Source of the DNA: an uncultured Planctomycetales bacterium
Lineage (GTDB): Bacteria; Omnitrophota; Gorgyraeia; Zapsychrales; JANLHA01
Direction of reading: 5' to 3'
Length of the DNA stretch: 64,000 nucleotides
Assembly: GCA_964489065.1 (NCBI GenBank)
Contig: CAZAXH010000001.1
Coordinates: 21,106 to 85,105, forward strand
Position 1 is the first letter of the stretch; every line of letters begins with the position of its first letter. This document shows, one piece after another, positions 1 through 10,200 of the stretch. Position numbers and translations under genes: made by a program. A model generated the notes under the pieces. That model saw only the letters and a program-made list of their open reading frames with translations, did no database searches and had not been told where the DNA came from.

Positions 1-279
1 TACGGAGGAGAAGAGTTCGCCGTTATTTTATGCGGGGCGAATTTGGATCAGGGCTGGGATATTGCCGAGCGTCTTAGAAAACGCATTGAAGAATTCAAAT
101 TCCCATCTCCTGACGGGCAGAATTCAATCCCCCTCACCATCAGCGTCGGATTAGCGAATTTCCCGGATGACGCCGCGAACAAAGAAGAACTTATCGCCAT
201 GGCGGATAAAGCGATGTACATCGCCAAATTCAGCGGGAAGAACAAGACCTGTTTTGCTAACCATTATAAAGAAGGCTGA
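1..279 (+). CDS. Diguanylate cyclase (GGDEF domain), C-terminal fragment; 5' end outside window
   Basis: Frame 1 from base 1 reads YGGEEFAVIL..., containing the GGEEF active-site motif. The ORF continues to a TGA stop at 277-279. This is the only plus-strand gene. Confidence 0.75.
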   Translation, partial: YGGEEFAVILCGANLDQGWDIAERLRKRIEEFKFPSPDGQNSIPLTISVGLANFPDDAANKEELIAMADKAMYIAKFSGKNKTCFANHYKEG

Positions 280-328
280 AAACACGCCGTTCCCCTCAAA
301 GGCGGTTCTCAACCAAAGACATATTCGA

Positions 329-3300
329 TTATACGCCGGCAGGAACTTCCTGCAGCTTTTCTGAGGAAGGGTCTTCCTTGGAAGCGAATTTCACGGACAC
401 AATTTTGGACACACCTGTCTCCTGCATTGTGATGCCGTACATCACTTTAGCGGAAGCAATCGTTTTCTTGTTGTGAGTGATGACAATAAACTGGGCGATC
501 TGCGCGAAGTCTTTCAGCAAATAGCTGAACCGCCCCACGTTTGATTCATCCAAAGCCGCATCGATCTCATCCAGGACACAGAAGGGGCTGGGATTCACCT
601 TAAACACGCCGAAAATAAGCGCGATCGCCGTCAAGGTCTTCTCCCCCCCGGACAACAGGCTGATATTCTGCAATTTCTTACCCGGAGGCCTCGCGATAAT
701 TTCAATACCGGATTCCAGGACATTTTCCGGGTCTATCAGAACAAGCTGGGCTTCCCCACCGCCGAACAACATCCGGAAATAAATGCGGAACTCTTCGCTG
801 ACCTTCGTAAACGTTTCCATAAACATTTGGCGGGTCTGGCGGTTAATCTTGACGATTGTCTGCTGCAACGAATGCTTGGCCGAAATTAAATCGCTCTGCT
901 GCGTGGTTAAAAACTCGAATCTTTGTTTAAGTTCTTCAAACTCCTCGATGGCAACCAAATTCACCGAGCCGAAAGCATCGCACCGTTTACGCAGACGAGC
1001 AATCATATCCTGCAATTCCTCCCGCCCCAAAGCCGCCTCCGGGGCTGCGCTCTCCTGTCCTTCGGCCGGGGAAGGGAGAACATAATTTTCGAAATCAATT
1101 TTATAGGCCTGCATTAACCGATCCCTGATTTCTTTCATTTTAAAAGAAATCTCCTGCTCCCGGAACTGGTCCTGATGCATATGATTACGTAATTCTTCCA
1201 GATCAGAGTTATGGGCCGTGATGTTCATACGGGCGCTGTTGATCCGGCGGCAGACATCGTCTTTCTGCCGCTCATAATCCCCCAGGACATGCCGCAAAGA
1301 ACCCTTACGTTCTTTAATAGACGCAATGGCGTCTTTCAGGGTGGTGATTTCCGCCTCAAACTGCCCGCGTTTCGATAAAAGATCTGATTCTTCCTGCTCC
1401 AGGCGGGCCATTTCCTTGGCACTGTTCTCCAGCGTTTCTTTATACAGGCTTAAATTCTCGTGATAACTGTGTTTCTTTTCCTGCTCCGCATTAATCGTCG
1501 ACTGAATCTGAGCTATGGCGATCGTGGTGCTTTCCCGCTGTTGCGCGTTCTCTGCCACAAGCGCCTGGCATTCCTGGATGCGGATCTGGCATAAAGAAAG
1601 CTCCTGGGACAGCGAATCCAGGGTCACTGTTAATTCCTCCTCCGATTTCTTGAGCGACAACAACGTCCCGGCGACCTCCTCCAATTCTATCCGGACAAGA
1701 TCCAGTTCCTCCTTGAGCTTGCTGGTCTCCTGCAGGACATCATTCTTCTGAGCCTCAAAGATGGACAAAATCTTCTCCTGCTCCTGAATCTCCGTCTCAA
1801 TCTGTTCCATGGCCCGCTGCATCCCTCCGAGTTCCCTCAGCAAAACATGGCGCTCCGAGGTCCGGGACTCAATGTCCCGTTCCAGCTCAACAATTTTGCT
1901 TGAAATCTGCTGCGGATCCAATTCTATAAATTTCGCTTCACAAATAATCTCGTAAACGCGCTCGCAATCCTCCCCAAGGCAGGATCTCATCTGCGCCAGC
2001 CTTTCCCCCTCGGAAATGGATACTTCTTTAACCTTCCCAATAATTCCCGTGTGCTGCTGAGACGGGGCGCTGGACGTTATAAAACGGCCCGGCACGACCG
2101 GATCCGGAATATCCTGATACTGGACACGCAGCTTCTCTATAAATTCCCGCTGGGATATTAAAAACAATTTCTTTTTCTCAAGCTCATTAATCGTGGCATC
2201 CAAAGAGTCCATCTGTTCCTGAAGGGCTTTTAACTGCCCATGCTGCGTTTCTCTCCGTCCCCGCAAATTTTGAATAACCTGATTCGCCGTTTCGGTCTTC
2301 TGGCAAATATCGGAAAACTTATGGTCCACCAACTCCTTTTCCTGCGTCACTTTCGTATCTTCCATCTCCAGCCGGCGTTTCCGCGCCAAGCCCCCCTGAA
2401 CTTCCTTCATTACTTCTGTTAAACGGTTGCGCACCTGGACCTGGTTGGCGGTGATCACAAGGATTTTCTCTTCTTCCCTCCTCATCGTATCACGGGCCGA
2501 ACCGATAGCGTCGGCCACACTATTTAAATAAGTTTTTTTAGCCTCCAGTTCCACCGTTTTCTCCTGAAGCACATGTTCCAGCCGGGATAATGATTGGCGC
2601 AAATCCGTCAGCTTCTCTTCCTGAATCCGGCGCCGCTCCTCAATCTGGCCTTTCTGCTGAGCGATCCGGCCCTGACTCGCCATCGCGTTCGCGATCCGCT
2701 CTTCATTAAACTCAATCTGCCGTTGCTGCAAGTCGACCTGGCCGTCGAGCTTAATAGCTTCCGCTGTCAACTCGTTCACCTTTTCATCGAGCTCTTCCAT
2801 AAACTGTGTTTCATTGTCCAGCCGTTCAGTCATCTCCCGGATTGTTTCATTTAAACGGGATTCCTGTTCTTTCTTCTCGACCATGTGCCGGGAAAGCTCC
2901 TGAAATTGCCGGGCCAAGTCGTTAATTTCCAGCCCCGCGTAACGAACCTCCAACTCCTTTAATTTTTCAAACTCTTCTTTATACTTTCTGGCCTTATTAG
3001 CCTGACGTTCCAAAGAAGAAATCTGGCGTTTAACTTCCGTGATAATATCATTGATCCTCAGTAAATTATTCTCCGTATCCCGTAACTTATTTAAAGCTTC
3101 CTTGCGTTTGGATTTATATTTGGTAATTCCCGAAGCCTCATCCAAGATGATCCGGCGGTCTTCGGGTTTAGCGCTGACCACAAGATCCACCTTGCCCTGC
3201 TGGACCAGGGAATACGCCTCCGCCCCGACCCCTGTTCCCATAAAAAGCTCAGTGATGTCCTTCAGACGTACAGGAGTCTTGTTAAGCAGATATTCGCTCT

Positions 3301-3625
3301 CACCCGAGCGGAAAAGCCGGCGGGTGACCGTGACCTCATTATAATCCACCGGCAAAGAATGGCTGTCATTCGAGAAGCTCAGGCTGACTTCCGCAAATCC
3401 GAGGGAAGGTTTTTTCTCCGTCCCGTTGAAAATCACATCTTCCATGGAAGCCCCGCGCAGATCCTTAACACTCTGCTCTCCCAGCACCCAACGAATGGCA
3501 TCAAAGACATTACTCTTCCCGCACCCGTTGGGTCCCACTACGGCCGTAATACCCGGGCCGAAATTCATGACAGTCTTATCGGCAAAAGATTTAAATCCAA
3601 AGATTTCCAATCTTTTAAGAAGCAC
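329..3625 (-). CDS. smc: Chromosome segregation ATPase SMC
   Basis: 1098 aa. The N-terminus FGFKSF...GPNGCGKSN is a Walker A motif. There is a long coiled-coil middle with a hinge, and a C-terminal LSGGEKTLTAIALIFG...VLDEID signature/Walker B. Confidence 0.9.
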   Translation of the reverse strand: MLLKRLEIFGFKSFADKTVMNFGPGITAVVGPNGCGKSNVFDAIRWVLGEQSVKDLRGASMEDVIFNGTEKKPSLGFAEVSLSFSNDSHSLPVDYNEVTVTRRLFRSGESEYLLNKTPVRLKDITELFMGTGVGAEAYSLVQQGKVDLVVSAKPEDRRIILDEASGITKYKSKRKEALNKLRDTENNLLRINDIITEVKRQISSLERQANKARKYKEEFEKLKELEVRYAGLEINDLARQFQELSRHMVEKKEQESRLNETIREMTERLDNETQFMEELDEKVNELTAEAIKLDGQVDLQQRQIEFNEERIANAMASQGRIAQQKGQIEERRRIQEEKLTDLRQSLSRLEHVLQEKTVELEAKKTYLNSVADAIGSARDTMRREEEKILVITANQVQVRNRLTEVMKEVQGGLARKRRLEMEDTKVTQEKELVDHKFSDICQKTETANQVIQNLRGRRETQHGQLKALQEQMDSLDATINELEKKKLFLISQREFIEKLRVQYQDIPDPVVPGRFITSSAPSQQHTGIIGKVKEVSISEGERLAQMRSCLGEDCERVYEIICEAKFIELDPQQISSKIVELERDIESRTSERHVLLRELGGMQRAMEQIETEIQEQEKILSIFEAQKNDVLQETSKLKEELDLVRIELEEVAGTLLSLKKSEEELTVTLDSLSQELSLCQIRIQECQALVAENAQQRESTTIAIAQIQSTINAEQEKKHSYHENLSLYKETLENSAKEMARLEQEESDLLSKRGQFEAEITTLKDAIASIKERKGSLRHVLGDYERQKDDVCRRINSARMNITAHNSDLEELRNHMHQDQFREQEISFKMKEIRDRLMQAYKIDFENYVLPSPAEGQESAAPEAALGREELQDMIARLRKRCDAFGSVNLVAIEEFEELKQRFEFLTTQQSDLISAKHSLQQTIVKINRQTRQMFMETFTKVSEEFRIYFRMLFGGGEAQLVLIDPENVLESGIEIIARPPGKKLQNISLLSGGEKTLTAIALIFGVFKVNPSPFCVLDEIDAALDESNVGRFSYLLKDFAQIAQFIVITHNKKTIASAKVMYGITMQETGVSKIVSVKFASKEDPSSEKLQEVPAGV

Positions 3626-3679
3626 CCTGAACTCCTCTCTTGAGTGAGATTGGCTTAAAGAAAGGCTCGAGAAAATTCC

Positions 3680-3943
3680 TCACGACTTCTTCCCCAGCAG
3701 CTCCTCGACAATTTTAATAGTGGCGTTAAGGTTAACGAATTTCGCCAAAGTATCCTCTGGGATGACAATACGATACTTCTTTTCCAAACCGGCCAGAATT
3801 TCCAACGCCATCATAGAATCCATCCCCAGATCCTGCACAAACCTGGCGTTCCCGTCAATGTCCTCCGCTTCGGTTTCCAGAATATCAGCGACAAGTTTTC
3901 GTATATCCTGTTCAACATTGCCCCTAGCCCCTGAATCCGTCAT
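3680..3943 (-). CDS. Acyl carrier protein
   Basis: 87 aa, acidic. It has a DLGMDSMMALE phosphopantetheine-attachment motif with the conserved Ser. Confidence 0.75.
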   Translation of the reverse strand: MTDSGARGNVEQDIRKLVADILETEAEDIDGNARFVQDLGMDSMMALEILAGLEKKYRIVIPEDTLAKFVNLNATIKIVEELLGKKS

Positions 3944-4175
3944 TCAAATCTCCCTTTTCGTGATTTTTTTCAACTCGAATTTGATTTATAAAACGCTGTT
4001 GCGCTTCAAGCCATGAATCGATCATTTCTTTTTTGAACCGCCATTGCCCCACAGTTTTAATGGCCGGGATTTTATCCTTTTTCAGCCAATCATAAACTGT
4101 TCTCTTTTTTACCCTTAAATACAAGGCCACTTCATCAATGGTCATTAACTGATTCGGGTCCATAATTTTTTCCAT
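3924..4175 (-). CDS. Helix-turn-helix DNA-binding protein (excisionase/MerR-like HTH family)
   Basis: 83 aa. MTIDEVALYLRVKKRTVYDWLKKDKIPAIKTVGQWRFKKEMIDSWL matches the excisionase-family DNA-binding domain pattern. It overlaps the ACP start by 20 nt. Confidence 0.55.
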   Translation of the reverse strand: MEKIMDPNQLMTIDEVALYLRVKKRTVYDWLKKDKIPAIKTVGQWRFKKEMIDSWLEAQQRFINQIRVEKNHEKGDLNDGFRG

Positions 4176-4330
4176 TCCATTATTATTTTAATTATTTAAT
4201 TTCAATGTATTAGAACATTAATCCGTTGTCAATCTTTAAATAAAATTTTTAACTAGAAACAAACAACAGCAACCAGGCGAAGGATGTCGCTTTTTGCTGT
4301 TTTATAACAATATTTACCAACGAAATGCTG

Positions 4331-4360
4331 GTTTCCCAAAATAAAAACCGGCCGGCCAAC
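4331..4360 (-). terminator. Possible intrinsic terminator after fabV
   Basis: On the minus strand, immediately after the fabV stop: a GC palindrome (ggccggccgg) followed by a TTTTTATTTT run. Confidence 0.35.
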
Positions 4361-4363
4361 CTA

Positions 4364-5575
4364 TCAAGGCTGGATGGATACAGAATTATAATCCGGGAAC
4401 GGGAGATCGATCTCTACATCGGCCTGATAATCCACCCCAGCCAATCCGAAACCAAATAATTTCAGAAAATCCTTGTGATACCCGGTCAAATCCGAGCATT
4501 GCGCAATGTTAGAATCCGACACTTTTTCCCAAAGCGCCCTGACTTCACTTTGTATGTCCGGACGCATCTCCCAATCATCGATACGGATGCGGCCTTCCTC
4601 GTCAATGGGAATGTCCCCGCCGGTATACAGGCGATCCTTGAATAACCGGGCCATCTGGTGGATGCAATCTTCATGCACCCCTTTCTCTTTCATCACTTTC
4701 ATCAGGATCGTAAAATAAAGAGGAATAAATGGGATTGCGGAACTTGACTGCGTGATGAGCGCTTTATTCACAGAAACAAAAGCCCGCCCCCCTTGGGATC
4801 TCAGGCGCTTATCCATCTGCCGGGCCGTCTCTTCCAAATGGTCCTTGGCCGCCCCGATGGTGCCATTACGGTACACCGGCATCGTTACCTCCGGCCCGAC
4901 ATAAGAATAGGCCAAAGTCAAAAAGCCGCTCGCCGTCAAATGCGACTCTTCCAACGCCTTCACCCACATGTCCCAGTCCTCCCCCCCCATAACGTCAACG
5001 GTCTGCCGGATTTCCTCCTCTGTCGCCGGGGGAAGCGTCACCGTGATGACCCTATCAGCGGAAAAATCAATGGATTTATTGGTGTAGGGGATCCCTTTGG
5101 GTTTTAAGGTGGATTTCGACACCTGCCCGGTCCGGGGATGCTGCCTTCTCGGGGAAGCCAGGCTATAAATCAAGAGGTCAACACCTCCCCAGTCTTCACG
5201 GATGGTCTCCAAAACCCGGCTTTTCATCTCATCACTAAACGCGTCTCCGTTAAAACTTTTGGCATATAAACCCTCTGCCAGAGCGGCCCGGTCAAAGGCG
5301 ACCGAGTTATACCAGCCGGCCGTCGCCGTCCGCTTCCCTTCCGCAGGCTTCTCGTAAAAAACCCCGATCGTCTTGGCTTGATATCCAAATGCGGCCACGA
5401 TGCGGCTGGCTAGTCCGTACCCGGTTGAAGATCCCACAACGAGCACACGCTGAACGCAGCACGGCCCAAAGCCCTGCCGCTTGACATAATCAATCTGGTC
5501 CTGTACGTTCCGGGCGCACCCGACAGGATGGGCGGTCGTACAGATAAACCCTTTAATTTTCGGCTGTACAATCAT
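4364..5575 (-). CDS. fabV: Trans-2-enoyl-CoA/ACP reductase FabV
   Basis: 403 aa. The N-terminus MIVQPKIKGFICTTAHPVGC is the hallmark of the FabV/Ter family, and the length is typical. Confidence 0.85.
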   Translation of the reverse strand: MIVQPKIKGFICTTAHPVGCARNVQDQIDYVKRQGFGPCCVQRVLVVGSSTGYGLASRIVAAFGYQAKTIGVFYEKPAEGKRTATAGWYNSVAFDRAALAEGLYAKSFNGDAFSDEMKSRVLETIREDWGGVDLLIYSLASPRRQHPRTGQVSKSTLKPKGIPYTNKSIDFSADRVITVTLPPATEEEIRQTVDVMGGEDWDMWVKALEESHLTASGFLTLAYSYVGPEVTMPVYRNGTIGAAKDHLEETARQMDKRLRSQGGRAFVSVNKALITQSSSAIPFIPLYFTILMKVMKEKGVHEDCIHQMARLFKDRLYTGGDIPIDEEGRIRIDDWEMRPDIQSEVRALWEKVSDSNIAQCSDLTGYHKDFLKLFGFGLAGVDYQADVEIDLPFPDYNSVSIQP

Positions 5576-5605
5576 ATCCGTCCTTTCTCTTTAAATCTTA
5601 TTTCT

Positions 5606-6832
5606 TCAATCCTGGATCAAAACCCTTTTGGGCACAATGACGATGCCTGACGTCGTCACATCAAATCTTTTCCGGTCTTTCGCCAAATCATACCCGATCT
5701 GCGCTCCCGACGGGATGCAGACTTCTTTATCAACAATGGCGTTTTTAATTTTCGCCCGAGCGCCAATCGTCACGCCCTCCATAATCACTGAATTCACGAC
5801 ACAGGCACGGGCGCTGATATTGACGTTGGGGGAAAGAATCGACCCCATAATTTTGGCCCCCTCGATGATGCAACCCCCCGCGATGAGCGAATCAACAACT
5901 TCCCCGTGTATCGGCTTCCCGTCTTCTTCAGCATGAATCAGCTTAATGGGCGGGAACTGCTCATGCAGGGTCCTAACCGGCCAAGACCGGTCAAATAAAT
6001 TGAAATCCGGGGTCCTCCGGACCAAGTCCATATTCGCCTGGTAATAAGCGTCACGCGTTCCTATATCCCGCCAATAACCAGGCTTATTATCCTTGTCCAC
6101 GAAATTATAAACCACGATCTTTTTGCCGTTTTTCAACATCTGCGGGATCACATTTTTCCCGAAATCATGTTCGGACGTCAAAGAACGGGCGTCTATTTCC
6201 AGTTCCTGCAACAAAACATCTTTTTTAAAAAGATAAATCCCCATCGAGGCAAAAACACGATCCGGATCGCTGGGAATTGTTTTGGGGTTCTTCGGCTTTT
6301 CCCGGAACCCGCAAATAAGGCCTGCCTGATCGACTTCTATGACACCGAAGCTAACCGCGCTCTCCACCGGCATAGGAATGCAGGAAACGACCATATCCGC
6401 ATCTGTTGCTTTTTGATACGCAATCATTTTTTCATAGTTCATTTTATACACATGATCCCCGGCCAGGATCAGGATCAGGTCCGGGTTGTGGTCCTGGATC
6501 GTATACACATTCTGATGAATCGCGTCGGCCGTGCCCCGGTACCAATCCGAGCTGATCCGCTGCTGAGCGGGAATCACGTCGATAAATTCTCCCAGCTGGC
6601 TGGAAACGATATCCCCCCAACCAGCCAGCACATGCTTTTGTAAAGAAAAAGATTTATATTGAATCAGAATATAAATTCTTCTCAGGCCGGAATTGATACA
6701 GTTACTCAAGGTAAAATCAATAATCCGGTAAATGCCGCCAAACGGGACAGCCGGTTTCGCCCGGTCACGCGTCAAAGGGTTCAACCGCTCCCCCTTGCCA
6801 CCCGCCAGAATATACGTTAAAATTCCCCGCAT
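5606..6832 (-). CDS. glgC: Glucose-1-phosphate adenylyltransferase
   Basis: 408 aa. ILAGGKGERLNPLTRDRAKPAVPFGG nucleotidyltransferase N-terminus, and a left-handed beta-helix C-terminus typical of GlgC. Confidence 0.85.
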   Translation of the reverse strand: MRGILTYILAGGKGERLNPLTRDRAKPAVPFGGIYRIIDFTLSNCINSGLRRIYILIQYKSFSLQKHVLAGWGDIVSSQLGEFIDVIPAQQRISSDWYRGTADAIHQNVYTIQDHNPDLILILAGDHVYKMNYEKMIAYQKATDADMVVSCIPMPVESAVSFGVIEVDQAGLICGFREKPKNPKTIPSDPDRVFASMGIYLFKKDVLLQELEIDARSLTSEHDFGKNVIPQMLKNGKKIVVYNFVDKDNKPGYWRDIGTRDAYYQANMDLVRRTPDFNLFDRSWPVRTLHEQFPPIKLIHAEEDGKPIHGEVVDSLIAGGCIIEGAKIMGSILSPNVNISARACVVNSVIMEGVTIGARAKIKNAIVDKEVCIPSGAQIGYDLAKDRKRFDVTTSGIVIVPKRVLIQD

Positions 6833-6883
6833 ACGAGAAAGTCCTTCCTTCCCAACCTGATTTTCAAAATATTTAATGACCTG

Positions 6884-9268
6884 TTATTCGGATTCCCCTG
6901 CCCGGCTTCCTGTCAAGGGACCAGGGGCATCCGGAGCGGCCAGCCGGTTCTCCGCGATAACCTTTTGCTCTTCCTGAAAATGCAGTTCCGTGTTTTTTTC
7001 ATCCCCGAGAGCCTGATAAACCAGTCCAATTTGATGATGCACCTCTGCTAATTTCAAACCTGTCTCCAGGCCAAGCTGAAAAACTTCCAGCGCCCGGGTA
7101 TGCTGCTGTTGGGCCTCCAGCATTTCACCGAGACTCAAAAGATCTTTTATGTTCTTAGGTTGCAGCTCATGAGCGACCCGGATAAACTCCATCGCGATAT
7201 CATACTGTTCCATCCTGATAAGACAGCGGGCCATCAAGAAATGCGCCTTAGGGTTTTTCGGCCATTGATTAATAATACGCTGATACTGGTCGGCCGAATA
7301 TTTAAACTCACCCAAATCGTAGTAGGCCAAGGCAAGGTTATGCCGCATGTCTTGGTCATAATGGTCAAACAGCACCGCGATCCGGAAATTCTCAAACGCC
7401 TGCTGATATTGTTTATGTTTCGCAAAAATTTTTCCCATCAGTTTATACGGTTCCTTGTAAACAGGGGTCACTTTAAGAGCAGCTTGAATCTCCCTCATAG
7501 CCGCTTTGTCGTACCCCAGAGACTCCAGCGTATAAGCCCGGTTCATATTTTGATAAGGCACCACCTTCTTGGAGCCCAAACGATAAAGATCCAAGCTCTT
7601 CCCTTCCCAGGAAGAAAAATCAATGGCAAATTTTTCAATAACCTCCCGGTTTTGCGGAACATCCTTAAGATAAATAACACCGTCATAGTCAAAATAAACC
7701 GGGACCCATTCTTTATGATCTTCCAGATAATTAATGATCCGGGGCGGAATCGGCTGCTGCACACAGTTCAATAAAGCCCCGGTAATATTAAATTTTTCCA
7801 AAGCCTCCGCAAACACCTCCGGGGTATCTTTTTCCCAAAGCTGGACATAATAATTAAAGAAACCCGGGCCGTACACTTCCGTCCTCCCGTCGATAAATAC
7901 TTTAATGTCCGGGAAGCAACGCCCCACCAGATAAGCCCCGGTGTTAAAATCATTGAAGAAATTCCCCTTCACCTTGTTTTCCACAAGAAAATCAACCGCT
8001 TTGATGGGATAGGAGCGCAGGGAAATTCCTCCAAACTCGCTTTTACGTTCATACGCATCAAAATCAAAATATCCGTTTTTGGAAATATCAGACCAATACT
8101 GCATCACCCAAACCAAAAGAAAAACCTTAAGCAAGATGGCCGTCAGATAAAAGAATTTCTTATCCATAACCCGGATAGGAACAATGTCGCGCATGGTTAA
8201 CATGTGGGCATTGCTCATGAACACAATATAAGCGGCAAAACCGAAAAAGATCAGGTTCCGGACCGCCGCCAGGGAAAAGAAAAGGAAAATAAGCCAGAAG
8301 ATCAGGCCGGCGATATCGAGCCGGAAACGGTTAAAAAACAGACTGACAAAGGACAACAAAAGCAACAATTTATAATAAGGATACACGGAGGGAGAAAACA
8401 GGGACTCCGCCTCAATCGGTTTTTGTAGTTCAATGATCTTATCGAAGAAAACCCGGTGCTCGCCGGAAATTTTAAAAAAGACCCCTATCGGATACCATGC
8501 CCCCTCAAATGTCAGGGGGTTCAGGAGACACGCCAAGACGACAGTGACGAAAACCCAGGCCATGCGGCCGTATTCGTCATCTGAGAGCCGGCCGATTTTA
8601 TTCCATTCATACGGTAAGGGGATATGCCGTTTTATCCACTCTGAAATCAGCCCGATAAAAACAAAAAGCGGGCCAAAAAAGAAAAATCCATGCAAATTCG
8701 TCCACAGGATCTGCGCAATAAATAAAACATACAATGACCACTTTCTGTCTATATAAAACGAAAGTATAAAAAGATAGAACGCAAAGAAGAACAGGCTGTA
8801 AAGATCCGGGCGAATCGTAAAACGGTTTTCATAAACCAAAGAAACAAGCAGCAGCATGAAAATTGAACCCAACTGCCGTTTTTTGCTATAACCCATAAGC
8901 AGAAGAATGGTCATCGTGAGGGTAACGATGACCACCTGCATATTAATGAGCCCTTCCGGTCCCCAGCGCGAAAAAATCAAGTACACGATAACCTGAAAAA
9001 GCCATTCATGATTAACCCAGGGGACCCCGGCAAAGGTACAGGACAAAATATCCGCGGCAGGAACTTTAAAACCATTTTCCAAGAGATAACGCCCCATCCC
9101 CAGATGAAGCCAAAGATCAAGGTCTTTAATCTCCAGATTAGCGACAAAAATCAATAATCCGAAAATAAAGCCGATGACAAACAGGCCGCAAATAATATTT
9201 AAACGTTTCCAGAACGCATTACTCATTGTTTTCTCCGGGCAAGGGGGATTAATATTCCGCATGAACAC
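6884..9268 (-). CDS. Polytopic membrane protein with C-terminal TPR repeats (function unknown)
   Basis: 794 aa. It has more than 10 predicted transmembrane helices in the first ~520 aa, then TPR-like repeats (ALAYYDLGEFKYSADQYQRI..., AHFLMARCLIRMEQYDIAMEF...). The start may be the internal MSNAFW at 9226. Confidence 0.5.
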   Translation of the reverse strand: MFMRNINPPCPEKTMSNAFWKRLNIICGLFVIGFIFGLLIFVANLEIKDLDLWLHLGMGRYLLENGFKVPAADILSCTFAGVPWVNHEWLFQVIVYLIFSRWGPEGLINMQVVIVTLTMTILLLMGYSKKRQLGSIFMLLLVSLVYENRFTIRPDLYSLFFFAFYLFILSFYIDRKWSLYVLFIAQILWTNLHGFFFFGPLFVFIGLISEWIKRHIPLPYEWNKIGRLSDDEYGRMAWVFVTVVLACLLNPLTFEGAWYPIGVFFKISGEHRVFFDKIIELQKPIEAESLFSPSVYPYYKLLLLLSFVSLFFNRFRLDIAGLIFWLIFLFFSLAAVRNLIFFGFAAYIVFMSNAHMLTMRDIVPIRVMDKKFFYLTAILLKVFLLVWVMQYWSDISKNGYFDFDAYERKSEFGGISLRSYPIKAVDFLVENKVKGNFFNDFNTGAYLVGRCFPDIKVFIDGRTEVYGPGFFNYYVQLWEKDTPEVFAEALEKFNITGALLNCVQQPIPPRIINYLEDHKEWVPVYFDYDGVIYLKDVPQNREVIEKFAIDFSSWEGKSLDLYRLGSKKVVPYQNMNRAYTLESLGYDKAAMREIQAALKVTPVYKEPYKLMGKIFAKHKQYQQAFENFRIAVLFDHYDQDMRHNLALAYYDLGEFKYSADQYQRIINQWPKNPKAHFLMARCLIRMEQYDIAMEFIRVAHELQPKNIKDLLSLGEMLEAQQQHTRALEVFQLGLETGLKLAEVHHQIGLVYQALGDEKNTELHFQEEQKVIAENRLAAPDAPGPLTGSRAGESE

Positions 9269-9332
9269 CGGCCTTACCGCCCTGCCAAACCGGACATCGG
9301 TTTTACCTGGCCGGGTTTACCTATAATTTTTG

Positions 9333-10199
9333 TTAGTTTATCACAAAATGACCGTTTCCAAGATCATTTAAATAAGAATTTTTATCAAACTCTATTTCTA
9401 ATTCCGTTGCGGAAGCCTCATAGTTCACCGCCGCGGCCAGCAATGCGCGTGTATAAGAGTGCTGCGGATTATTAAAAATGGCTTCACTCGGTGCCAGTTC
9501 CACGATTTTTCCTTTATACATCACCGCGATCCGTTTACACAATTTTCTGACCACTCTCAGATTATGGGTTATAAATAAATAGGTAACATCGTACCTTTTC
9601 TGCAAGTCTTTCAATAATGCCAGGATCTGTTCCTGAACCAGCACATCCAGAGAAGACACAGCTTCATCAAGGATCAGCAGCCGCGGATTCATTAAAAGGG
9701 CACGGGCGATCGCCACCCGCTGTCGTTCCCCCCCGCTGAACTCATGGGGGAAACGGTTGAGGCTTTCTCCCGGAAGCCCCACCGCCTTCAGCATTTCAAT
9801 CATTTTAAGTTCCTGCGCGTTCCGGCCCGGATAAGGAGTCAAAGGCACAAATGCTTCTTTTAGAATATCCCGGACCGTAAAACGGGGATCCAAACTGCTG
9901 TAAGGATCCTGGAAAACCATCTGCACTTTCTTTCTCAGCAAGCGCCGGACCCGTTTGCTCCGGAGGGAAACGTCCTCCCCCTCCAAGAGGATGCGGCCTT
10001 TATCCAAGGGATACAATTGAACCACAAGCCGCCCCAGCGTCGTCTTCCCTGACCCGGATTCCCCCACCAGCCCCAGGTCCTCTCCGGCTTCCATGCTCAG
10101 ATCAATCCCATCCACGGCCCGGATAAATTTCCGATGCCAGCCCCCCCAGCCGTGCTTTAACGGGAAATATTTTTTGGCTTTCTGTATTTCCAACAACAT
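9333..10199 (-). CDS. Peptide ABC transporter ATP-binding protein (OppF/DppF-like)
   Basis: Walker A GESGSGKTTLGR, LSGGERQRVAIARAL signature, and an oligopeptide-type C-terminal extension. The start is taken at the internal MLLEIQK (10199), which abuts the upstream stop. Confidence 0.85.
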   Translation of the reverse strand: MLLEIQKAKKYFPLKHGWGGWHRKFIRAVDGIDLSMEAGEDLGLVGESGSGKTTLGRLVVQLYPLDKGRILLEGEDVSLRSKRVRRLLRKKVQMVFQDPYSSLDPRFTVRDILKEAFVPLTPYPGRNAQELKMIEMLKAVGLPGESLNRFPHEFSGGERQRVAIARALLMNPRLLILDEAVSSLDVLVQEQILALLKDLQKRYDVTYLFITHNLRVVRKLCKRIAVMYKGKIVELAPSEAIFNNPQHSYTRALLAAAVNYEASATELEIEFDKNSYLNDLGNGHFVIN

Positions 10200-10200
10200 A

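Noticed and set aside
9269-9332. Possible terminator or hairpin between the peptide ABC operon and the TPR membrane protein gene (aaaccg-atgtc-cggttt).
   Set aside because: Short stem without a T-run. Support is insufficient.
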